Origin: an uncultured virus (IMG/VR IMGVR_UViG_3300033571_018919)
Taxonomy: Duplodnaviria; Heunggongvirae; Uroviricota; Caudoviricetes
Direction: 5' to 3' (one strand)
IMG/VR virus record: IMGVR_UViG_3300033571_018919
Location: 1-64,000 of that record
Length of the DNA: 64,000 bases
This document shows, one piece after another, positions 1-6,583 of this stretch. A model generated the notes under the pieces. It was not told the DNA's origin and searched no databases. It saw nothing but the letters and a program-made list of their open reading frames with translations. The position numbers and the translations under genes were made by a program. Each line of letters starts with the position of its first letter. Position 1 is the first letter of the stretch.

Positions 1-267
1 ATGAAATTTAATTGGCGTGGGTACACATATAATGATGAAATGCGTAATAGTGCTATTCTTCAATTAACCTACGTAGGGTTGCGATTTAACGAAGCCAAAT
101 CTCAAAACCCATTTGCATATTATACGGCAGCAATTACCAATAGTTTTTGCCGTGTACTAAACAGTGAAAAACGTAATCAAAACATACGTGATGACATATT
201 AGAAATAAATGGATTAAATCCTAGTTGGACTCGTCAAGGTCAAGTTAGCATGTCATACGAAGAATAA
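1..267 (+). CDS. gp55: T4-like late-transcription sigma factor, C-terminal part (N-terminus probably upstream of the window)
   Basis: Motif 'NPFAYYTAAITNSFCRVLNSEKR' resembles the gp55 'NPFAYFT..' motif. It lies directly upstream of gp47-gp46, as in T4-like phages. Confidence 0.8.
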   Translation: MKFNWRGYTYNDEMRNSAILQLTYVGLRFNEAKSQNPFAYYTAAITNSFCRVLNSEKRNQNIRDDILEINGLNPSWTRQGQVSMSYEE

Positions 268-276
268 CCTTTTATA

Positions 277-305
277 TTGTCATTTTACAAAATTTAGATT
301 AAACT
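277..305 (+). promoter_or_regulatory. sigma70-type promoter for the gp47 operon
   Basis: TTGTCA (277-282), 17-nt spacer, TAAACT (300-305). The ATG at 312 sits where +1 is expected. Confidence 0.6.
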
Positions 306-311
306 TACTGG

Positions 312-1325
312 ATGAATAACCTTTTTAAAAAAGCAGCACTGTTTACAGATATACATTTTGGTCTTAAGACAAATAGTTTACAACACAATCAAGATTGCGC
401 CAATTTTATCGATTGGTTCATAAGTGAGGCTAAAAAAGAAAATTGTGAAACTTGTTTCTTTTTAGGAGACTGGCATCATCATAGAGCAAGTATTAATTTA
501 CATACTCTACAGTTTAGTTTAAATGCTATCGAGAAGTTAAGTCAAAATTTTGACAGGGTATTTTTTATACCAGGTAATCACGATTTATACTATCGTGACA
601 GGCGAGACATACATTCAGTTGAGTGGGCTAAACATTTACAAAACATAACTTTAGTAAATGATTGGTACACTCAAGGAGATGTCACTATTGCGCCATGGTT
701 AGTACAAGACGATTACAAAAAACTGAAGAAATTAAATGGCAAATATTTGTTTGGTCATTTTGAATTACCACACTTCTATATGAACGCTATGGTAGAGATG
801 CCAGACCATGGTGAACTTAACGAATCTCACTTAGGCGGATTCGATAAAGTATTCAGTGGTCATTTTCACAAAAGACAAGCAAGAAAAAATATTTGGTATA
901 TGGGAAATGCTTTTCCACACAACTATGCTGATGCGGGTGATGATGCACGTGGTATGATGATATTAGAATGGGGTGAAGAACCAGTATTTAAATCATGGCC
1001 TAGACAACCATTGTATCGAGTGTATAAACTAAGTGAAGTATTAGAAAATCCAGAAGGCTTATTATTAATTGATAGTCACGTTCGTGTTCATTTAGATATC
1101 GATATTAGTTATGAAGAAGCTAATTTTATTAGAGAAACACTTATACCAGAACATAAATTAAGAGAAATGACATTAATACCTATGAAGCTTGATCAAATTG
1201 AACAACAAGGATTTGAAGGATTGCAGTTTGAATCTGTGGATCAAATTGTTATTGATCAAATTAATGCGATAGAATCCGCAGCATTTGATAAGAAAATATT
1301 GTTGGACATTTATAATAATCTATGA
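312..1325 (+). CDS. gp47: Recombination endonuclease subunit (Mre11/SbcD-like metallophosphoesterase)
   Basis: Phosphoesterase motifs DIHFG, GDWHH, GNHD and GHFH; overlaps gp46 (ATGA). Confidence 0.92.
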   Translation: MNNLFKKAALFTDIHFGLKTNSLQHNQDCANFIDWFISEAKKENCETCFFLGDWHHHRASINLHTLQFSLNAIEKLSQNFDRVFFIPGNHDLYYRDRRDIHSVEWAKHLQNITLVNDWYTQGDVTIAPWLVQDDYKKLKKLNGKYLFGHFELPHFYMNAMVEMPDHGELNESHLGGFDKVFSGHFHKRQARKNIWYMGNAFPHNYADAGDDARGMMILEWGEEPVFKSWPRQPLYRVYKLSEVLENPEGLLLIDSHVRVHLDIDISYEEANFIRETLIPEHKLREMTLIPMKLDQIEQQGFEGLQFESVDQIVIDQINAIESAAFDKKILLDIYNNL

Positions 1326-3085
1326 TAACATTAAAAAATATTACTCTCCGTAATTTTTTAAGTACGGGTCAAGTAACACAAGCAATAGATTTACATAAAC
1401 AAGAACTAACACTAATACTAGGAGAAAATCTAGATTTAGGAGGTGACGGTGCCCGTAACGGCACTGGCAAAACCACATTGATACAGGGTCTTAGCTATGC
1501 GTTGTTCGGTGTTCCTATTAATGACATTCGCAAAGACAATCTAGTTAACAGAACAAACAGTAAAGGAATGTTAGTTACATTAGAGTTTTCTGTTAACGGT
1601 ATCGATTATAAAATAGAGCGCGGTAGAAAACCAAATATATTAAAATTTTATGTAAACAACGATTTACAAAAAACGCAAGATGACACTCAAGGCGAAAATA
1701 AAGAAACACAACAAGCAATTGAAAAAGTAGTTCACATGAGCAAGGATATGTTTACGCATATCATTGCGCTTAATACGTACACGCAACCTTTTCTAGCACT
1801 TAAGTCTAATGAGCAAAGAGATATTATCGAACAGCTTTTAGGTATAACCTTATTGTCAGAAAAAGCTGAAGTAATTAAATCATTAATAAAGGATACCAAA
1901 GACGAAATTCAACAAGAAGATTTTCGCATTAAAGCCGTCGAAGAGGCAAACAAACGTGTACAAGAACAGATAGAGGCATTAAAGCGCAGGCAGAAGTTGT
2001 GGAAAACAAAATATGATCAAGATGTTTTAGAACTTAAAACTAGCTTAGAAGAATTAAGTAAGATTGACATTGAAAATGAATTGTCAATGCATAAAAAATT
2101 AGCGGAGCATACTGAAATATACAAAAAGTATACCGACTTAAACAAATTTATATCAAGAGCCGAATTGGATCTTGATAAAGAAACGAAAACAAACAATAAG
2201 CTTAAAAAAGAAATTGAATCTTTACAAAATCATAAATGTTACGCATGTGGGCAAGATTTGCATGATAAGAAACACGACGAAGTTTTAAAATTAAAAGAAT
2301 CTCAGTTAAGTGATTCTGGACTGATATGCTTGACTTTATCTGGTGAGATCCTTGAACTACAAGAACAACTAAAAGTTATCGGTGAGCCAGGACCCGCACC
2401 TAAAACGTTTTATGATGCGGAAAGTGACGCAGTAGAACATCGTAGTACAATGAACAATATATCTACTATGCTTGCTGCTAAACTAAAGGAAATAGATCCA
2501 TATCAAGAACAAATAAATGATATGGAGAGTCAGGCGTTACAAGAAATAAGTTTTGATCAAATAAACAGGCTAACAAGAACTATGGAACATCAAAAATTTC
2601 TATTAGACTTGTTAACTAGCAAAGATAGCTTTGTTCGCAAAAAGATTATCGATCAAAATCTAAGTTATCTGAATGCAAGACTAACTCACTATCTTGACAA
2701 AATTGGATTGCCCCATCAGGTTGTATTTAAAAATGATTTACAAGTAGAAATTACTGAATTGGGTAGAGAATTAGATTTCGACAATTTATCTAGAGGCGAG
2801 AGAAACAGATTAATATTAGGGTTAAGTTTCGCATTTCGTGATGTTTGGGAAAGTTTATACACACCGATCAATACGTTGTTTATCGACGAACTTATAGATT
2901 CTGGTTTAGATACTTTGGGAGTTGAAAACAGTATTGCTATTTTAAAAGATATGAGTAGACGTAGGCATAAATCTATATGGTTGGTATCACACAGAGAAGA
3001 ATTAGCAGGTAGAGTTCCTAGCGTACTTAAGGTCATTAAAGAAAACGGGTTTACAACATACAACACAGCGATTGACATAGAATGA
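1322..3085 (+). CDS. gp46: Recombination ATPase subunit (Rad50/SbcC-like)
   Basis: Walker A NGTGKT, coiled coil with CYAC zinc hook, signature LSRGE, Walker B LFIDE, H-loop VSH. Confidence 0.93.
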   Translation: MITLKNITLRNFLSTGQVTQAIDLHKQELTLILGENLDLGGDGARNGTGKTTLIQGLSYALFGVPINDIRKDNLVNRTNSKGMLVTLEFSVNGIDYKIERGRKPNILKFYVNNDLQKTQDDTQGENKETQQAIEKVVHMSKDMFTHIIALNTYTQPFLALKSNEQRDIIEQLLGITLLSEKAEVIKSLIKDTKDEIQQEDFRIKAVEEANKRVQEQIEALKRRQKLWKTKYDQDVLELKTSLEELSKIDIENELSMHKKLAEHTEIYKKYTDLNKFISRAELDLDKETKTNNKLKKEIESLQNHKCYACGQDLHDKKHDEVLKLKESQLSDSGLICLTLSGEILELQEQLKVIGEPGPAPKTFYDAESDAVEHRSTMNNISTMLAAKLKEIDPYQEQINDMESQALQEISFDQINRLTRTMEHQKFLLDLLTSKDSFVRKKIIDQNLSYLNARLTHYLDKIGLPHQVVFKNDLQVEITELGRELDFDNLSRGERNRLILGLSFAFRDVWESLYTPINTLFIDELIDSGLDTLGVENSIAILKDMSRRRHKSIWLVSHREELAGRVPSVLKVIKENGFTTYNTAIDIE

Positions 3086-3588
3086 ATACTTTATACCTTG
3101 ATATGGACGGGGTTGTTGCAGATTTTGATGCTTATGCTTATAATACATTAGGTTTAGGTCCTTCAGAAGGTATATATCCAAATAGTGAATGGGAAAAGTT
3201 ACGCAGCAATCCTAGACTCTACAGAGATTTAGAAAAAACACCTTACGCAGATGAATTAGTGTTTCAATGTAGTGTTTTTGCAAAACGTAATAATTTTAAT
3301 TTAAAGTTTTTAACAGCAGTACCAAAAGATAATGATTTACCTTGGGCTTTCTATGACAAGTTTAAATGGGTAGAAAAGAACGGTTTTAGTAATATTCCTA
3401 TCATGTTTGGCCCTTATAGTAAAGACAAACATATGCATTGTAAAACTGGTGATATCTTAATTGATGATAGAACTAGTAACATTGAAGAATGGATAGCAGC
3501 AGGTGGATATGGTATATTACATAGAACAAGTTATGAACATACATTAGAGGAGTTATTCAATTATGAAAATATTATTAACAGGTCATAA
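3082..3588 (+). CDS. HAD-family 5'(3')-deoxyribonucleotidase-like protein
   Basis: N-terminal DMDGVVADF (HAD motif I) and C-terminal ILIDDRTSNIEEWIAAGG. Confidence 0.8.
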   Translation: MNTLYLDMDGVVADFDAYAYNTLGLGPSEGIYPNSEWEKLRSNPRLYRDLEKTPYADELVFQCSVFAKRNNFNLKFLTAVPKDNDLPWAFYDKFKWVEKNGFSNIPIMFGPYSKDKHMHCKTGDILIDDRTSNIEEWIAAGGYGILHRTSYEHTLEELFNYENIINRS

Positions 3589-4384
3589 AGGTTTCATTGG
3601 TCAAAATATGCTTAAGTATCTCCAATCTAATACAGATTGGTCTATTGATACATATGACATTAAAGATGAATTCCAAGGGGTCATGTCTTATGACTGGGTA
3701 ATTCATTTAGGTGCAGTAACAAGTACAACCGAAAAAAACTTAGATAAAGTTTTAACTCAAAATTATGAGTTTTCTAAAAATCTGTTTGACGAATGCAAAA
3801 CGTTTGGGGTGAATTTACAATATGCTAGTTCTGCTAGTGTATATGGACAAAATTTAGAATTTACAGAAGAAAGTCCATTAGATCCAATAACTCCGTACGC
3901 ATGGTCAAAATATCTTTTCGAGCGACACGCCTCAAATAATATGGGAGGTAATATAGTTCAAGGGTTTAGGTATTTTAACGTTTATGGAAAGCACGAAGAT
4001 CATAAAGAAGGTCAGTCCAGTCCTATTCATCAGTTTACAAAACAAGCTAAAACAAACGGAAAAATAAAGATTTTTGATGATAGTCATAAAATGTTTAGAG
4101 ATTTTATTTGTGTTGATGATGTTTGTAGAGTACAGATTGAGTTTATTAAAAGCGTTAAAGAATCAGGCATTTGGAATTTAGGCACAGGTAGGCCGACTAG
4201 TTTTGAGAAAGTTGCCGAATATATCAAAGATATATATGGCGGAAAGTTAAAGTATGCTATGATGCCAGATCAGTTACAGAGAAGTTATCAATATTATACA
4301 TGCAGTGATAATACCAAATTAGAAAATACCATTGGCAAGCAGAGTTGGATAAAAATTAAAGATTTTTTAAAACAAGACAAGTAA
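3563..4384 (+). CDS. NAD-dependent epimerase, ADP-L-glycero-D-manno-heptose-6-epimerase (RfaD/HldD)-like
   Basis: TGHKGFIG Rossmann motif, YASSASVYG, YAWSK (YxxxK), GFRYFNVYG, RDFI.VDDV, NLGTG and C-terminal YQYYT; these resemble HldD-like extended SDRs. Confidence 0.8.
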   Translation: MKILLTGHKGFIGQNMLKYLQSNTDWSIDTYDIKDEFQGVMSYDWVIHLGAVTSTTEKNLDKVLTQNYEFSKNLFDECKTFGVNLQYASSASVYGQNLEFTEESPLDPITPYAWSKYLFERHASNNMGGNIVQGFRYFNVYGKHEDHKEGQSSPIHQFTKQAKTNGKIKIFDDSHKMFRDFICVDDVCRVQIEFIKSVKESGIWNLGTGRPTSFEKVAEYIKDIYGGKLKYAMMPDQLQRSYQYYTCSDNTKLENTIGKQSWIKIKDFLKQDK

Positions 4385-4386
4385 AG

Positions 4387-4393
4387 ATAAGTA
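4387..4393 (+). promoter_or_regulatory. Possible variant late promoter (ATAAGTA)
   Basis: One mismatch to the NTAAATA motif seen upstream of structural genes, with the same 5-nt gap to the ATG (4399) as at 11121/11133. Confidence 0.4.
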
Positions 4394-4398
4394 GATTC

Positions 4399-4959
4399 AT
4401 GCCAAGTCCACAAAAAGCAAAAGGTTCAAGTTTTGAAAGAGAAATTGCGAAATTTCTTTCAGAATTATACGGAGAAAGTTTTATACGTGCCCCAGGGTCC
4501 GGAGCGTATGTGGGCGGTACAAATCAAAGCAGGAAGCAATTTTTACACGAAGGTCAAATTCGCAGTTTTAAGGGAGACATTGTTCCAGGACAAAGTTTTT
4601 CTAAATTTAATGCGGAGTGTAAGAGTTATAAAGACTTCCCATTTCACTTATTACTTACGGGTGAGAACAAACAATTTGACCAATGGATAGCACAAATGAT
4701 AGAAGTATCAGACCAAGATGATTTTAATATTCTTTTTATGAAGTTTAATCGCATTGGTAAGTTCGTAGCAGTACAACCAAAATTTACATGGGTGTTAGAT
4801 AATTATACTTTTTATTCAAGTAAAACGGTTGGTGATTGGATACTTACAGAATTTGATAGCTTTTTCAAAAACAACAAAGACTTAGTTAAAAATTACTCAG
4901 GCTCAATAGACACAACGTCACAATCTCAAAATTTAACGAATTTACAATTAGCCGACTGA
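4399..4959 (+). CDS. PD-(D/E)xK nuclease, Holliday junction resolvase (Hjc-like)
   Basis: KAKGSSFEREIAKFL, RAPGSGA, GDI and NAECKSYK motifs typical of phage Hjc-like resolvases. Confidence 0.75.
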   Translation: MPSPQKAKGSSFEREIAKFLSELYGESFIRAPGSGAYVGGTNQSRKQFLHEGQIRSFKGDIVPGQSFSKFNAECKSYKDFPFHLLLTGENKQFDQWIAQMIEVSDQDDFNILFMKFNRIGKFVAVQPKFTWVLDNYTFYSSKTVGDWILTEFDSFFKNNKDLVKNYSGSIDTTSQSQNLTNLQLAD

Positions 4960-5292
4960 GTTGTCAGTCCTCCTTGAGGAAGTACAGGTAGTGCTGTGCC
5001 GACGGATCTGGAGTATACATGTCAGTAATGACATGGAATGTCGAGAGGGCAATCTTTGTTAGGGAACCCTCAATGAGTTTGTATCTTACTCTGTTTTGCG
5101 GATACAAAACATGCGTTGCCGAAGAGCTAAATGAAAAAATAAGTTTAGTAGCTTCACTACAGTCCCATTATACTTACAGGGCAACCGACGGCGTATAGCA
5201 ACTAAAAGTGTTAGCTATTCGGGGAATAAACAGCAAGTGGATGACGGGCATGGCAAGTTTCCAATTGGTAGTGCTGAATAGCACTACCATGG
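4954..5292 (+). ncRNA. Candidate structured non-coding RNA of unknown class (boundaries approximate)
   Basis: Intergenic and more GC-rich than its flanks. Stems: GACTGA/TCAGTC, GTACAG/CTGTGC, CATGTCA-GTAA-TGACATG (GNRA loop), GAGGG/CCCTC, TTTGTATC/GATACAAA, GTTGCC/GGCAAC, ATAGC/GCTAT and TGGTAGTGCT-GAAT-AGCACTACCA. The G-U pairs and GNRA loop favour the + strand. Confidence 0.6.
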
Positions 5293-5353
5293 CTTCAAAG
5301 CGGCAATATATAAGCCCTAAAGAAAAGTTTTCGAAAGTTATAACAGTCAATAA

Positions 5354-5416
5354 AATTCCGAACAATGCGAACGTAGTGAGCATGTGAAGGAATTAGATGA
5401 ACGAAGTTCATCTTTT
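5354..5416 (+). other. Two hairpins with C-GNA-G triloops; the second, followed by a T-run, may also act as a terminator
   Basis: AATTCC/GGAATT encloses ATGC-GA-AC-GTA-GT-GA-GCAT (5365-5383). AGATGAAC-GAA-GTTCATCT (5395-5413) is followed by TTT and an AT-rich tract. Confidence 0.55.
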
Positions 5417-5471
5417 AATAATTCTAATAATATTAATGGTAATCCTAAGTTATGATAATGAATATCTACGG

Positions 5472-5702
5472 TTAGAAGAAAGGTAACTTTGTGTTCTTTG
5501 TTGTTTCTAAGTTTTCTTCTATTAAATTGCCGATGGCTTGTCTTTCCTTAAATGACATATTGAGTATGTCTATATAAGATGCCCCACCCCTCATATACCA
5601 TGCCATTTTTAATGCATTGGCTTTAATGGCTTCACAATCTTTTTCCATATCGTCTATTAACTTCTGAACCTCATCGGGGGCTAGGGCCAGAAGTCTTAGA
5701 CG
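5472..5702 (-). CDS. Unannotated 76-codon frame, a probable -1 frameshift extension of the gp26-like protein (tail/baseplate assembly chaperone-like)
   Basis: Reads RLRLLALAPDEVQKLIDDMEKDCEAIKANALKMAWYMRGGASYIDILNMSFKERQAIGNLIEENLETTKNTKLPFF*. It is open in the -1 frame from the slippery site. The internal ATG at 5648 has no nearby Shine-Dalgarno. Confidence 0.75.
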   Translation of the reverse strand, partial: RLRLLALAPDEVQKLIDDMEKDCEAIKANALKMAWYMRGGASYIDILNMSFKERQAIGNLIEENLETTKNTKLPFF

Positions 5703-5708
5703 AAAAAA
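5660..5708 (-). promoter_or_regulatory. Candidate -1 programmed ribosomal frameshift signal
   Basis: In-frame T TTT TTC heptamer (5708-5702), 7-nt spacer, then the stem ACTTCTG/CAGAAGT (5694-5688/5666-5660) with further pairs. Confidence 0.65.
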
Positions 5709-6520
5709 TCAGATATGTTTAGATCAAATGGTTGTTCGTAATTGTGGCTACAACTTGGACAAGTAAATGCTAAAGGTTTAGCTTCAGTTGTTTTTCTTAG
5801 ATTAATACTTTGGTCTTTGATGTTATCATATTCTTTCTTTGGTATATTTTCTAAGAACTCTTTTATGTACTCTTTTTCAATGACTACGCTTTCAGGAGTT
5901 TTGACATATTCTACAATTTCTAATATCAATTCTGTTGCAATCTCATTCATTTCTTTTACCAACTCAGACATTTTATTTTCTTTGTCAGCACCTTCTTCCA
6001 TTTTTGATATTATTCCATATGCTCTTTGTAAGTCAAATTGTTTTTGACTGTTCTCATTTACTTTTGTATATGTCAATGGTTTAAATTTTATTTGCACATC
6101 GTTGTACACTGGATAAAGTTTGTTATAATCCCCTGGACTGAATTCATTAAGCATTCCAGTTAAATTTACATCGTATTTGGCGTCGTGATTGCAATTTGGG
6201 CATACAGTTAAAATTTCCATAGTAGACCCATTAGTTGCAATTTTAATTGCTAGAAGAATAGGATCTAAATCAATTTGTAGTAATTGCCATGGGTCTTTGA
6301 TATTTGGTGCGCAACTGTGAATAATTTCAACTACTGCTTGGCCATTAAAAAGTGCATCTGGTGTGCGTGTGGTAATTTCGTCTAATGCAGTCATGGGAAA
6401 AATTGGTATCTCCCCTGACTCCGGTAAATCAATGGCATTTTCTTTATATCCTATGCCTTTGCTAGGTAATTTCAAATATAATGCAGGTTTACGAAAATAA
6501 CTTTTTAGTGGGTTAGACAT
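5696..6520 (-). CDS. T4 gp26-like baseplate hub / tail assembly protein
   Basis: NPLKSYFRKP..LKLPSKG N-terminus, MTALDE, two CPxC motifs, C-terminal DFFV. Start revised to the ATG at 6520, which has a GGAG Shine-Dalgarno. Confidence 0.75.
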   Translation of the reverse strand: MSNPLKSYFRKPALYLKLPSKGIGYKENAIDLPESGEIPIFPMTALDEITTRTPDALFNGQAVVEIIHSCAPNIKDPWQLLQIDLDPILLAIKIATNGSTMEILTVCPNCNHDAKYDVNLTGMLNEFSPGDYNKLYPVYNDVQIKFKPLTYTKVNENSQKQFDLQRAYGIISKMEEGADKENKMSELVKEMNEIATELILEIVEYVKTPESVVIEKEYIKEFLENIPKKEYDNIKDQSINLRKTTEAKPLAFTCPSCSHNYEQPFDLNISDFFV

Positions 6521-6552
6521 TTTTTCTCCAAAATTTGACAGTAATTTTTCAA

Positions 6553-6572
6553 CTAAATACAAGATATTTATA
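6553..6572. promoter_or_regulatory. Face-to-face pair of gp55-type late promoters
   Basis: CTAAATA on + (6553-6559) towards 6584 and TATAAATA on - (6572-6565) towards 6520. Confidence 0.65.
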
Positions 6573-6583
6573 GGTAAAATATT

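Noticed and set aside
4975..5116. GAGGAAGTAC and ACAAAACATG resemble the conserved ends of RNase P RNA
   Set aside because: The motifs are imperfect, only ~130 nt apart, and cannot form the P4 helix.
5155..5250. ACAGTCC and ATTCGGGGAA resemble group I intron S and P elements
   Set aside because: The order is wrong, there is no recognisable P7/R element, and no interrupted gene flanks the region.
5174..5383. 69-aa minus-strand ORF from the track
   Set aside because: No Shine-Dalgarno or protein-like features; it overlaps the stem-rich element, which explains the region better.
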